From: Eledone cirrhosa
Lineage: Eukaryota
Assembly (NCBI GenBank): GCA_964016885.1
Contig: OZ024764.1
Location: 4,898,001-4,962,000, forward strand
Reading direction: 5' to 3'
DNA length: 64,000 nucleotides
In this document: piece by piece, positions 1 to 12,856 of the stretch
Layout: each line of letters begins with the position of its first letter
How positions within the stretch are numbered: the stretch's first letter is position 1
Notes under the pieces: model-generated
What the model was told of the DNA's origin: nothing
The model's input: only the letters and a program-made list of their open reading frames with translations
Databases searched by the model: none
Translations under genes and position numbers: made by a program

Positions 1-585
1 TACTATAAGCTAGGTTACCATAAGGTAGGTTACCGTAGGGTAGGTTACTATAGGGTAGGGTATCATAGGATAGGTTACCATAAGGCAGGTTACCATAGAG
101 TAGGTTACCTTAGGGTAGTTTACTATAAGATAGGTTACCATAGTGTAGCTTACCATAGGGTAGGTTGTTACCATAGGCAAGGTTACTATAGGGTGGGTTA
201 CCATAGGGTAGTTTATGATATGGTTGGTTACCATAGTGTAGGTTACTATAACATAGGTTACCATAGTGTAGGATACCTTAGATTAGGTTACCACAGGATA
301 GGTTACTGTAGGTTAGGTTACCATATGGTAGGTTACCATAGGTTAGGTTAGCAATGGGTAGGTTACTATAGGTTGTTACCATAAGGTAGGTTACTGTATG
401 GTGGGTTACCATAGGGTAGGGTACCATAAAGTAGGTTATTATAGTGTAGGTTACCTTAGGATAGGTAACCATAGGGTAGATTACTATGGGGTAAGTTACC
501 ATAGGGTAGGTTCCCATAGGGTAGGTTAATATAAGCTAGGTTACCTCAGGGTAGGTTACCATACCATAAAGTAGGTTACCATAGG
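1..585. repeat. 15-bp satellite, consensus TAGGGTAGGTTACCA (array truncated by window start)
   Basis: Direct tandem repetition; source of the MVTYP/VGYHR pseudo-ORFs. Confidence 0.95.
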
Positions 586-826
586 TTTGTTAAGGTTAGG
601 CTAGGCTGGTCTACTCGGTGAGTTAAAACTCACTTGTGACTGTAGTGTTTTAGAAGTGTCTCAATCTTTCATGCACCACTAAATTTTTTAACTATTTCCC
701 CTGAAACTGCCTTATTTTTGGGGGTCATCTTATCAATCGAATAGCGTCCTAAATCTAAATTATACTTCAGAATTTTAGGGGCCGACTTATGTACCGGATA
801 GACTTGTACACCGGCATATATGGTAT
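586..826 (-). mobile_element. Conserved module to the right of the satellite arrays, ending in a Tc2/pogo-like DNA-transposon terminus
   Basis: Reverse strand reads TA-CCATATATGCCGGTGTACAAGTCTATCCGGTACATAAGTCGG, resembling CCGTATAT...ATAAGTCG ends of Tc2-type elements; abuts (TA)n; no partner TIR identified. Confidence 0.4.
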
Positions 827-841
827 ATATATATATATGCA

Positions 842-1175
842 TGGAGGCACATGGCTTAGTGGTTAGAGCATTGGTCATGCAATCGAAAGGTTGTGAGTTC
901 AATTCTCAGACCGGGTGATGTGTTGGTTCCTTGAGCAAGACACTTTATTTCACATTGCTCCAGTTTACTCAGCTGTAGAAATGAGATGATAGGGACTGGG
1001 GTCCCTATCATTCCACTGCAAAGTGGTCGTGGAGGTGCCACGGCAAAAAAAGCACCCAGCACTCACTGTAAATGAGGTTGGTGACAGGAAGGGAATACAG
1101 CTGTAGAAATCAAGCCAGAATCAGTTCCCGTCCCGCCCTTGCAAGCAGGGAAAAGTGGACGTAAAATGAAATGAT
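842..1175 (+). mobile_element. tRNA-derived SINE with CORE-like centre and RTE-like 3' tail (copies at ~23025-23360, ~37246-37580, ~51293-51628)
   Basis: A box TGGCTTAGTGG, B box GTTCAATTC, central TCCTTGAGCAAGACACTTT; tail shared with RTE 3' ends (ggacgtaaaa..atgatga). Confidence 0.8.
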
Positions 1176-1239
1176 GAAAGAGAGATAGAGAGAAAGAGAG
1201 GGAGTGAGAGAGATACATTAAAACAATAACAGAAGGTCT

Positions 1240-2070
1240 GACTGGAGAATTTACTTTAGAATTCCTTCACGGAAATGTCTTATTTATCTGTAACACAAAC
1301 TTCAAAAAACAAGACAACCACTTAATAATCGATAGATCAAGTGAGCCCTCCAGCTAGATAGATTTCCTTGTTACCAGAAGATAGAGTGACTGTTATAAAC
1401 ACAAAGTCCTTCCCTAGTGAAGAATGCACCTCCCAACATACCTTAGAATACAACCTGGAAGAAAAGAGTATAGATCAAAATCAAAAGGTCTTAAAGTCAA
1501 TTTGGTAAAGACTAAAGTTCTAGTAAGTAGAAAGGAAAACTGGGCCCAGATCTCTTCAGGTAAACTGTCCTGCTCAGTGGGCAGAAAAGGAGTAGGTAGA
1601 AATTCCATCCTATGTCCCATATAGAAATGATGGGTACACAAAAGATGTTGTGGGATCTCAGGAAGGCTAACAAAGAACGTAGCTTCTACATGTGGCCAGT
1701 GAACAGGGGCAGGAAATATCAAGAGCTCTCGAGTTACAATCTCCTTCAAATGCCCAAATGTCTCTGCAGAGGTGGTAGATAGTTTCTGTTACTTAGGTGA
1801 CTAAATCAGCAGTGGAGGAGGGTGGTCCAAAAACTCAGTAACAAGAGTGAGATTAGATTGGAGAAAGTGCAGGGATCTACTACTACTGCTAACTACAAAA
1901 CATTTTTCCATCAAAATGAAGGGCAGACTGTATGATGCAGGTATACAAACAACAATGTTGCACAGCAGCGAGACCTGGGCACTGTGTGTAGAAGATCTGT
2001 AAAGATTGGAAAGAAATGAAGCCTCCATGCTTCAATGGATGTGCCATAGTAATATATGCAAATGGCAAAA
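1240..2070 (+). mobile_element. Decayed, internally deleted RTE-clade LINE fragment (copies at ~23420-24255, ~37640-38475, ~51690-52522)
   Basis: Translated remnants GLKVNLVKTKVL, CSVCRKGVGRNSILC, KMKGRLYDA, with stop codons. Confidence 0.85.
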
Positions 2071-2565
2071 CATAGGTTACCATTGGGTAGGTTACTGTAG
2101 GGTAGGGTACCATAGGGTGGGTTACCATAGCGTAGGTTACTGAATGGTAGGTTACATTTTGTTAGGTTACTGTAGGGTAGGTTACCATAGGGTAGGTTAC
2201 CATAGGGTGGGTTACCATAGGGTAGGTTACTGTAGGGTAGGTTACCATAGGGTAGTTATGTAGGGTAGGTTACTGTAGGGTAGGTTACCATAGAGTAGGA
2301 TACTGTAGGGTAGGTTACCATAGGGTAGTTATGTAGGGTAGGTTACCATAGTGTAGGTTACTGTAGGGTAGGTTACCATAGAGTAGGATACTGTAGGGTA
2401 GGTTACCATAGGTTAGGTCACTATAGGGTAGGTTACCATAGGGTAGGTTATTATAGGGTAGGTTACCATAGGTTAGGTTACTATAGGGTTGGTTGCCATA
2501 GGGTATGTTACCATAGGGTAGGTTACTATAAGGTAGGTTACCATACCATAGGCTAGGTTACCATA
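2071..2565. repeat. 15-bp satellite array (equivalent copies at ~24256-24748, ~38476-38953, ~52523-53031)
   Basis: Same monomer; begins abruptly where an RTE fragment is cut off (ggcaaaacata|ggttacc). Confidence 0.95.
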
Positions 2566-2744
2566 TGTTTGTTAAGGTTAGGCTAGGCTGGTTTACTCGG
2601 TGAGTTAAAACTCACTTGCGACTGTAGTGTTTTAGAAGAAGTGTCTTAATCTTTAGTGCGCCACTAAATTTTTTAACTATTTCCCCTGAAACTGCCTTAT
2701 TTTTTGGGTGTCATCTTATGAATCGAATAGTGTCGTATAGGACT

Positions 2745-3672
2745 ATCTGGCATGTTTTCTATGGCTGGATGCCCTTCCTAACACCAACCACGTTTACAGT
2801 GTGGGGACTGGGAGGTTTTTACCATGTTAACTACACGGCCAATTTACAGCGTGGACTGTGTGTATTATTGTCATGACACCTACACAACCTCATTTATTTA
2901 GGACTGGATGTTGTGTGACCAACATAATTTTACAGAGATGGGGGTGGGAGTAGTGGGGTGGGGGCGTATATTTGGTTAAGAGGTGCCTACTGACTGTAGG
3001 TTTCGCTTTGTACTTAGGCAAGGGTGGTCTTCTGTATTACTGCGTAGCGCCAAAGATCTCGGTTCAGTGACATTGTCTTGGAGAGGTGTAAGTGTGTGAG
3101 ATCGGAATTTATCAATTCGTCCCAGGGTTTTCTGGGTCTGCCTACTCCGTGGCTACCATCTATTTTGATCGCCCTGCACTTTTTTATACAGCTGTCGTCT
3201 TTCATGCGCATCACGTGACCATACCAACGTAGTCTTCTCTCGAGTAAACAACATCTGATCCCTCTTATTCCTAATTTCTCACTTAGTTCATTTATGCTTT
3301 GCCGTTCACGTATATTACTATTACACATCCAGCGGAGCATGCAAACTTCATTCCTCTCCAGTCTGCGTATATCCTCTGCACACAATGCCCAAGTCTCACT
3401 GCCATGTAACATTGTTGTTCGTATGCAGGCATCATACAGCCTGCCTTTCATTTTTAGAGAGAACCCTTTAGCGGCCAATCGTACAATGAAAAGAGCGTCT
3501 GTGATACTTTTACCTGACACAAACCCAAACTGCATTTCATCTAGATCAATTCTCTCTCTGATTAGTTGCGCTATTACTTTTTCTGTGACCCTCATGAACT
3601 GGTCAATTAATTTAATGCCTCTATAGTTTCCCCTATCTAGGGCATCTCCTTTACCCTTGTAGCAGTTAATGA
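2745..3672 (-). mobile_element. Internally deleted RTE LINE (RT N-part fused to C-terminus) with 3' UTR (copies at ~24925-25855, ~39135-40060, ~53210-54135)
   Basis: KGKGDALDRGNYRGIKL...EMQFGF...TDALFIVR joined directly to LAAKGFSLKMKGRLY...RRLRWYGHVMRM; YADD core absent. Confidence 0.9.
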
Positions 3673-3805
3673 TGATGATATATATATAAACGAAATAGGA
3701 TTTCGCTTCAAGCATATCTTTATACAATATGTATAAATATTTTGTATCTCCAAAGAAATACGGTTTTAGGAAGCCTTAGCTCTGCAAACCCTGGGGGGCT
3801 AACAT

Positions 3806-3970
3806 CCTCTGGTGATGTCCAGCAGAAGCAAAGGGGACAACCGTCTATGCATTTCAGGCTTAACTGGCCATCGTCAGGACAGTCCCTCCCACTGCTTGCG
3901 ACTGCTGGCCAGTTAAGCATGAAATGCATAGACGGTTGTCCCCCTTGCTTCTGCTGGACATCACCAGAGG
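3806..3970. repeat. 65-bp inverted repeat with 35-nt spacer (copies at 6529-6693, 27247-27411, 31259-31423, 40198-40362, 54272-54436, 57061-57225)
   Basis: Arms 3806-3870 and 3906-3970 are reverse complements at 63/65 positions. Confidence 0.95.
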
Positions 3971-4086
3971 CCTTGAAACCCTAAGTCCCTTTTGTTCTGT
4001 GTATGAACAGAAATAAATAATGTAATATATATATATGTATGTGTGTGTATCTATTTATATATTTAACTATATTTTTCTCATTACAG

Positions 4087-4143
4087 GAACACCACTAATT
4101 TCTCTAATTACAGCCCTTCACTATCCCATTGCAAGAAATTTAC
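4087..4143 (+). CDS. Micro-exon E1 (class A), 57 nt, phase 2-2, NTTNFSNYSPSLSHCKKF; internal in-frame acceptor gives a 30-nt form at 4114-4143; weak donor
   Basis: tttaac...tttttctcattacAG acceptor; donor is GTGTTA, i.e. the usual GTAAGTGTTA minus 4 nt; homologous position to the other 11 exons. Confidence 0.55.
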
Positions 4144-4501
4144 GTGTTACCTTAACAAACTGTCTAACCATTGTTTAATCTGCTCCTTCCTCTACCTCTC
4201 CCTTTATACACACACACACATATATACCCCTATATATATATGTATACACACACACACACAAATATATACACATATATACATATATATATACACACATATA
4301 TATATAATCACATATATATATACATATATACAAGCGAGACACGGCCTGCTGACCAATCTCGCCTTAAGTGGGACAAAACCGTCCAACCCATGCTAGCATG
4401 GAAGATGGACTTTAAATGATGATGATATATACACACTGACACATATATATATATACATATATATATACACATATATATACGCATATATTTATATATATAT
4501 A

Positions 4502-4612
4502 TGAGTTCAAGTCCGCCGAGGTTAACTTTGCCTTTCATCTTTACGAGGTCGATAAAATAAAGTACCAGTGGTGTACTGGGGTAATCGCTGGCCTTGTGCC
4601 AAAAGTAGAAAC
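4502..4612 (+). mobile_element. 5'-truncated tRNA-SINE (Nin/Deu-like central domain), present downstream of each class A exon
   Basis: B box GAGTTCAAGTCC followed by GCCTTTCATCTTTACGAGGTCGATAAAATAAAGTACCAG. Confidence 0.7.
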
Positions 4613-4727
4613 TATAATTATATATATATAACCAAAGATTAATATAGTTCGTTGATTACTCAACGAATACAGTTGTACAACAGATTAGAAGAACTCAACA
4701 GTGAAAGTTTTCCTGGACTTTTTAATA

Positions 4728-4981
4728 TTAACAAATGAAAAATATTCTCATAATCAAAATATATACTTTATTATATACATTTCAAAGGTATATGACATAC
4801 CTCTACGGTCTTGATTCTTCAATTCCAGTATTGCAGTCACTGCCAATACTGGAATTGAAGAATCAAGACCGTAGCGCTATGTCATAATCATATATTTTGT
4901 CTGATGAGGACGTACTGAAAAAACAACAATATATATAATAAAGTATATATTTTGATTATGCGAATATTTTTCATTTGTTAA
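4728..4981. repeat. ~255-bp nested foldback element (copies at ~7405-7658, ~28124-28377, ~41097-41350, ~55259-55512; half copies at ~32145-32260, ~57952-58067)
   Basis: Outer arms ttaacaaatgaaaaatatt.../...aatatttttcatttgttaa; inner stem ctacggtcttgattcttcaattccagtattg / caatactggaattgaagaatcaagaccgtag. Confidence 0.9.
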
Positions 4982-4992
4982 CATTTTGAATA

Positions 4993-5054
<62 letters not shown>

Positions 5055-5162
5055 AGGTAAAATTAATAATGAAAGAGTTGCAAGCCTTTAAAACATATCT
5101 TTATAAAGCTCTTACATATGTTATATATATATATATATATATCTATATATATATATATATAT

Positions 5163-5194
<32 letters not shown>

Positions 5195-5198
<4 letters not shown>

Positions 5199-5432
5199 TC
5201 ATTATCATTTTATGTCCGCTTTTCCCTGCTTGCAAGGGTTGGGCTCTCACCACCACTGGCCATGTTTTTTGTGGTCTTCCTTTTACTGGGATTTTTTAGC
5301 ACCTCTTTACCCAGCAGTCATCCTCGATGCGCATCACTTGTCCATACCATCTCAGTCTTCTCTCCTGCACACCACAACTTATCCCCAGTTTCTCTCTCAA
5401 CTCATCTATGGTCTTGTCGTTCACGCACATTG
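5195..5432 (-). mobile_element. Short RTE 3' fragment (copies at ~7810, ~25913, ~29055, ~29860, ~41570, ~55645, ~58160)
   Basis: IDELREKLGISCGVQERRLRWYGQVMR on minus strand, ending in (atg)n tail. Confidence 0.85.
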
Positions 5433-6809
5433 ACACACACACACATACACATATATATATTAATTCTATTGACTGATTAATAGCTCTTGTTAATTTTAAA
5501 ACCATTCTGTTGAGAGCTTAATTCGTTCTGTGATATTGTGCAATTTTGCAATAACACACATACTGAATTCATCCGCCAAAACTAAGGGCTGCCCCCCCCC
5601 CCCCCTTGTGAAGCCCCACGTGGGTTTTGATAACGGTCAGTCCTTGACATTATTTGTCTAAGTAGACAGTACTTGATTTAGGAGTTGCAGAAACCCAATA
5701 CTGGATATTACCAACCTTCCAGGGGTCCGGGTATAATTTTCCATCATATTTTATTTGTTTTACTCGAATTACTTGGTCGTGTCTATGGCTGTGCGGATAA
5801 TTGTTTAACCATCGTCTCAGTGTGTTTGGCCTTTTAACTTATGTTGTTGCTCTAGTTCACTAGCTTCTATGGAGCGCTTGCCACACATCTCGGAAGTTGT
5901 TTTTCGTTAATTTCCAATAGCAGAAATGCAATTCTCGCTAATTTATATATATATATATATATACACGTATAAGGGATAACAAAATATCGTTATAGGTAAT
6001 CCAGGTAGAAGTTGTGAATACTCTGTATTGTGGTTAGTCTTAGTCTACGGCGTTGTTTGACTCAACAAGAGGTTTCCGTAGGTGGCAAGTATTTGAGTTC
6101 TCTTGAATTCCTATGTAAGTTTATCTTGGAGTAATAATATTGAAAGTGTGAAGAATAACATGGTCAACAGTACAAAAGAAGGTTTTTATTTACAGTATTA
6201 ACAATTGTTTCACTGATTAAGTTGTCTAAAAATCGCTGAAAACTTAAAGCTGTGCCACTCAATCTACTATATATATTGGAAGTGGTCGGACGTTGTATAT
6301 TTAAGTAAATAAGTAGGTGTAGTCGGATAAACGTCGAAACGGCTTGGTGGAATGCAGCGAAAATTTACACAGTTATGCAGAATTGTAGCAGTTAATGATG
6401 ATATATATGTAAAAGAAATAGGATTTCGCTTCAAGCATATCTTTATACAATATGTATAAATATTTTGTATCTCCAAAGAAATACGGTTTTAGGAAGCCTT
6501 AGCTCTGCAAACCCTGGGGGGCAAACGTCCTCTGGTGATGTCCAGCAGAAGCAAGGGGGACAACCGTCTATGCATTTCAGGCTTAACTGACCATCGTCTG
6601 GACAGTCCCTCCCACTGCTTGCGACTGCTGGCCAGTTAAGCGTGAAATGCATAGACGGTTGTCCCCCTTGCTTCTGCTGGACATCACCAGAGGCCTTGAA
6701 ACCCTAAGTCCCTTTTGCTCTGTGTATGAACAGAAATAAATAATGTAATATATATATATGTATGTGTGTGTATCTATTTATATATTTAACTATTTTTTTC
6801 TCATTACAG

Positions 6810-6842
6810 CAACATCCCTATGATCGATTACAAGAAATTTAT
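6810..6842 (+). CDS. Micro-exon E2 (class A), 33 nt, phase 2-2, NIPMIDYKKF
   Basis: ttttttctcattacAG | caacatcc...aaatttat | GTAAGT. Confidence 0.8.
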
Positions 6843-7669
6843 GTAAGTGTTACCTTAACAAACTGTCTAACCATTGTTTAATCTGCTCCTCCCTCTACCT
6901 CTCCCTTTATACACACACACATATATACCCCTATATATATATGTATACACACACACACACAAATATATACACATATATACATATATATATACACACATAT
7001 ATATACATATATACAAGCGAGACACGGCCTGCAGACCAATCTCGTCTTAAGTGGGACAAAACCGTCCAACCCATGCTAGCATGGAAGATGGACTTTAAAT
7101 GATGATGATATATATACACTGACACATATATATACATATATACAAATATATATACGCATATATCTATATATATATATATGAGTTCAAGTCCGCCGAGGTT
7201 AACTTTGCCTTCCATCTTTACGAGGTCGATAAAATAAAGTACCAGTGGTGCACTGGGGTAATCGCTGGCCTTGTGCCATAAGCAGAAACTATAATTATAT
7301 ATATATAACCAAAGATTAATATAGTTCGTTGATTACTCAACGAATACAGTTGTACAATAGATTAGAAGAACTCAACAGTGAAAGTTTTCCTGGACTTTTT
7401 AATATTAACAAATGAAAAATATTCTCATAATCAAAATATATACTTTATTATATACATTTCAAAGGTATATGACATACCTCTACGGTCTTGATTCTTCAAT
7501 TCCAGTATTGCAGTCACTGCCAATACTGGAATTGAAGAATCAAGACCGTAGCGCTATGTCATAATCATATATTTTGTCTGATGAGGACGTACTGAAAAAA
7601 CAACAATATATATAATATAGTATATATTTTGATTATGCGAATATTTTTCATTTGTTAACATTTTGAATA

Positions 7670-7715
<46 letters not shown>

Positions 7716-8911
7716 AGGTAAAATGAATAATGAAAGAGTTGCAAGCCTTTAAAACATATCTTTATAAAGCTCTTACATATGTTATATATATATATATATA
7801 TATATATCATCATTATCATTTTATGTCCGCTTTTCCCTGCTTGCAAGGGTTGGGCTCTCACCACCACTGGCCATGTTTTTCGTGGTCTTCCTTTTACTGG
7901 GATTTTTTAGCACCTCTTTACCCAGCGGTCATCCTCGATGCGCATCACTTGTCCATACCATCTCAGTCTTCTCTCCTGCACACCACAACTCATCCCCAGT
8001 TTCTCTCTCAACTCATCTATGGTCTTGTTGTTCACGCATATTGACACACACACACATACACATATATATATTAATTCTATTGACTGATTAATAGCTCTTG
8101 TTAATTTTAAAACCATTCTGTTGAGAGCTTAATTCGTTTTGTGATATTTTGCAATAACACACATACTGAATTCATCCGCCAAAACTAAGGGTTGCCCCCC
8201 CCCCCCCCCCCCTGTGAAGCCCCACGTGGGTTTTGATAACGGTCAGTCCTTGGCTTGGCACTGAACTAAAAGCCTGTTGCAAAAGTGACTTCCTTGTTCG
8301 ATCATCATACAAAAAGCTTAACATTATTTGTCTAATTAGACAGTACTTGATTTAGGAGTTGCAGAAACCCAATACTGGATATTACCAACCTTCCAGGGGT
8401 CCGGGTATAATTTTCCATCATATTTTATTTGTTTTACTCGAATTACTTGGTCGTGTCTATGGCTGTGTGGATAATTGTTTAACCATCGTCTCAGTGCGTT
8501 TGGCCTTTTAACTTACGTTGTTGCTCTAGTTCACTAGCTTCTATGGAGCGTTTCCCACACCACTCGGAAGTTGTTTTTCGTTAATTTCCAATAGCAGAAA
8601 TGCAATTCTCGCTAATTTATATATATATATATATATACACGTATAAGGGATAACAAAATATCGTTATAGGTAATCCAGTTAGAGGTTGTGAATACTCTGT
8701 ATTGTGGTTAGTCTTAGTCTACGGCGTTGTTTGACTCAACAAGAGGTTTCCGTAGGTGGCAAGTATTTGAGTTCTCTTGAATTCCTATGTAAGTTTTGTT
8801 GTACACCAGTTACCATAACTCTAGCAACCCACCACATTTATTTCTACTGAATCTCATATTTGTTAAGTTTAACGTAGAGATTATAGTAATATCAATGTCT
8901 TGCTGTAGCTT

Positions 8912-10996
8912 ATAGGGTAGGTTACCATAGGGTAGGTTACTGTAGGGTAGGTTACCATAGGGTAGATAGTGTCTGGTAGGTTACCATAGGGTAGGTTACG
9001 ATAGGGTAGGATAGTGTTTGGTAGGTTACCATAGGGTAGGTTACTGTAGGGTAGGTTACAATAGGGTAGGATACTGTAGGGTAAGTTACTGGAGTGTAGG
9101 TTACGATAGGGTAGGTTACCATTGGGTAGGTTATTATAGGGTAGGTTACCACAGGGTAGGTTACCATAGAATAGGTTACTGTAGGGTATTTTACCATAGG
9201 GTATGTTACCATAGGGTAGGTTACCTTAAGGTAGGTTACCATAGGTAGGTTACCTTAGGGTAGGTGACCATAGTGTAGGTTACCATAGATTAGGTTCTGT
9301 ATGGTAGGTTAGGTTACTATAGGGTAGGTTACCATAGGGTAGGTTACGATAGGGTTGGTTGCCATAGGGTAGGTTACCATAGCGTAGGTTACTATTGGGT
9401 AGGTTACCATAGGGTAGGTTACTGTAGGTTAGGTTACGTAGGGTTGGTTACCATAGGGTAGGTTGCCATAGAGTAGGTTATTATAGGGTAGGTTACCATA
9501 AGGTAGATTACCTCAGGGTAGGTTACTGTAGGGTAGGTTACCATGGGGTAGGTTACCATAGGGTAGGTTACCATAGTGTAGGTTACCTTAAATTAGGTTA
9601 CCACAGGATAAGTTACCATATGGTAGGTTACTGTAGGTTAGGTTACCATAGGTCAGGTTACCATAGGGTAGGTTACTATAGGTTGCTACCATTGGGTAGG
9701 TTACTGTAGGGTAACATAGGTTACCATAGTGTAGGTTAATATAACATAGGTCACCATAGTGTAGGTTACTTTAGATTAGGTTACCATAGGGTAGGTTACC
9801 ACAGGATAGGTTACCATAGGGTAGGTTACTATAGGTTGTTACCATAGGGTAGGTTACGATATGGTTGGTTACCATAGTGTAGGTTACTATAACATTGGTT
9901 ACCATAGTGTAGGTTACCTTAATTTAGGTTACCATAGGTTAGGTTACCGTATCGTAGGTTACTGTAGGTTAGGTTACCATAGGGTAGGTTACTATAGGGT
10001 AGGCTACCAATGATAGGTTACCATAGGGTAGGTTACCACAGGATATGTTACCATAGGGTAGGTTACTGTAGGGTAGGTTACTATAACATAGGTCACCATA
10101 GTGTAGGTTACTTTACATTAGGTTACCATAGGGTAGGTTACCACAGGATAAGTTACCATATGGTAGGTTACTGTAGGTTGTTACCATAGGCTAGGTTACT
10201 ATAACATAGGTTACCAAAGTGTAGGTTTCTATAGGTTGTTACCATAGGGTAGGTTACTGTAGGGTAGGTTACCATAGGTTAGGTTACCATAGTGTAGGTT
10301 ACTGTAGGGTAGGTTACTGTAGGGTAGAATACTGTAGGGTAGGTTACCATAGGGTAGGATACTGTAGGGTAGGTTACTGTAGGGTAGGTTACTGTAGGGT
10401 AGGATACTGTAGGGTAGGTTACTGTAGGGTAGGTTACCATAGAGTAGGATACTGTAGGGTAGGTTACTGTAGGGTAGGATACTGTAGGGTAGGTTACCGT
10501 AGGGTAGGTTACTGTAGGGTAGGTTACCATAGGGTAGGATACTGTAGGGTAGGTTACTGTAGGGTAGGATACTGTAGGGTAGGATACTGTAGGGTAGGTT
10601 ACCATAGGGTAGGATACTGTAGGGTAGGATACTGTAGGGTAGGATACTGTAGGGTAGGATACTGTAGGGTAGGTTACTGTAGGGTAGGTTACCATATATT
10701 AGGATACTGTAGCGTAGGTTACTGTAGGGTAGGTTACCATAGGGTAGGTTATTATAGTATAGGTTACCGTAGGGTAGGTTTCCATGAAGTAGGTGACCAT
10801 AGGGTAGGTTACTATAAGTTAGGTTACCATAGGGTAGGTTTCCATGAAGTAGGTTACCACAGGGTAGGTTAACATAAATTAGGTTACCTTAGGGTAGGTT
10901 ACCATAAGTTAGGTTACCATAGGGTAGGTTACCATAAGTTAGGTTACCATAGGGTAGGTTACCATAAGTTAGGTTACCAGAGGGTAGGTTACCATA
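8912..10996. repeat. 15-bp satellite array
   Basis: ~2.1 kb of TAGGGTAGGTTAC(CA/TG) variants. Confidence 0.95.
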
Positions 10997-11299
10997 GGTT
11001 TGTTAAGGTTAGGCTAGGCTGGTCTACTCGGTGAGTTAAAACTCACTTGTGACTGTAGTGTTTTAGAATAAGTGTCTTAATCTTTCGTGCACCACTAAAT
11101 TTTTTAACTATTTCCCCTGAAACTGCCTTATTTTGGGGAGGTTATCTTATCAATCGAATAGCGTCCTAAATCTAAATTACACCTCAGAATTTTAGGGGCC
11201 ACGCTATGTACCGGATAGACTTGTACACCGGCATATATATATATGCAAAGAGAGCGAGAGAAACAGCGGGAGTGAGAGAGATACATTAAAACAATAACA

Positions 11300-12440
11300 G
11301 AGGTCTGACTGGAGAATTTACTTTAGAATTTTAAGAGAAAAGAGGAAGGTTTCAGACTTCTGGAATTCCTTCACGAAAATGTCCTATTTATCTGTAACAC
11401 AAACTTCAAAAAATGAGACAACCACTTAATAACCTATAGATCATGTGAGCCCACCAGCTAGATAGATTTCCTTGTTACCATAAGACAGAGTGACTGTTAT
11501 AAAAACAAAGTCCCTCCCTAGTGAAGAATGCACCTCCTAACATACCTTAGGAGACAACCTGGAAGAAAAGAGTATAGATCAAAATCAAAAGGTCTTAAAG
11601 TCAATTTGGTAAAGACTAAAGTTCTAGTAAGTAGAAAGGAAAACTGGGCCCAGATCTCTTCAGGTAAACTGTCCTGCTCAGTGTGCAGAAAAGGAGTAGG
11701 TAGAAATTCCATCCTATGTCCCATATAGAAATGATGGGTACACAAAAGATGTTGTGGGATCTCAGGAAGGCTAACAAAGAATGTAGCTTCTACATGTGGC
11801 CAATGAACAGGAGCAGGAAATATCAAGAGCTCTCGGGTTACAATCTCCTTCAAATACCCAGAAGTCTCTGTAGAGGTGGTAGATAGTTTCTGTTACCTAG
11901 GTGACTAAATCAGCAGTGGAGTAGGGTGGTCCCAAAACTCAGTAACAAGAGTGAGATTAGATTGGAGAAAGTGCAGGGATCTACTACTACTGCTAACTAC
12001 AAAAGGTTTTTCCCTCAAAATGAAGGGCAGACTGTATGATGCAGGTATACAAACAACAATGTTGCACAGCAGCGAGACCTGGGCACTGTGTGTAGAAGAT
12101 CTGTAAAGATTGGAAAGAAATGAAGCCTCCATGCTTCAATGGATGTGCCATAGTAATATAGGCAAATGGCAAAACATAAATGTACTGCGAGAGAAATTAG
12201 GCATAAGAGGGGTTAGATGCAGTGTGCAGGAGAGGGATTGTTTTGGTATAGAAATGTGATGTGTATGAAGGGTGACAGCTGTATAAAAAGGTGCCAAACG
12301 CACAAAGTTGACAGAGGCCGTGGAGTGGGCAGGTCTAGGAAGACTTGGGATGAGGTAAGGAAAGCTGACTTTGCACAATTACACCTAGCTAAGGCAATGA
12401 CACAGGATGGTGACCTCTGGCGCTATGCACAATTATAGAG
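11300..12440 (+). mobile_element. Decayed RTE LINE fragment including C-terminus (copies at ~17650-18790, ~45025-46165, ~60955-62090; partial at ~32362-32735)
   Basis: GLKVNLVKTKVL ... RGVGRSRKTWDEV ... DLWRYA remnants with stops and frameshifts. Confidence 0.85.
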
Positions 12441-12856
12441 GACTACATCCACAATCCACCAGACATTTTCCCTACCAACACCCCACACAAGTTCCCAAAC
12501 CTCACCATAAAGTGGTCCCGCTGCAGCCATGACAAACGTGTCCAGTCCACACTGTACAGTGGTCTTGTAGGTGTCCTGCCAAAAATTAATATTGGGCCTT
12601 AAAACCTTGAGTGCCTTTTGTTCTGTGTATGAACATAAATAATTGTTTCTACTTTTGGCACAAGGCCAGCAATTATCCAGTGCATTACTGGTACTTTATT
12701 TTATCGACCCCGTAAGGATGAAAGGCAAAGTTAACCTCGGCGGGATTTGAACTCAGATCGGAAAGGGAAGTAACTAAATAAATAATGTAATATATATATA
12801 TATGTATTTGTGTGTGTATCTATTTATATATTTAACTATATTTTTTGTAATCACAG

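Noticed and set aside
10-517. MVTYP / VGYHR / YGNLP pentapeptide-repeat ORFs (many across the window)
   Set aside because: They are translations of the 15-bp satellite, appear on both strands and in several frames, and are broken by 1-nt indels.
842-915. tRNA-like sequence
   Set aside because: It is the head of a SINE: no convincing acceptor stem, and it runs straight into SINE body.
3014-3727. 237-aa minus-strand RT-like ORF in four copies
   Set aside because: Lacks the RT catalytic core, and its start lies in unrelated (TA)/(ATG) sequence; passenger of the duplication.
6082-6114. 33-nt segment bounded by tttccgtAG and GTAAGT, repeated in several units
   Set aside because: Has TGA in the phase-2 frame used by the array, a weak pyrimidine tract, is nearly invariant, and lies inside a repeat element; probably fortuitous, though RNA-seq could test it as a poison exon.
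8912-10996. Telomere-like TTAGGG/TTAGG signal
   Set aside because: Periodicity is 15 bp with a TACCA/TACTG subunit; no tandem canonical telomeric run.
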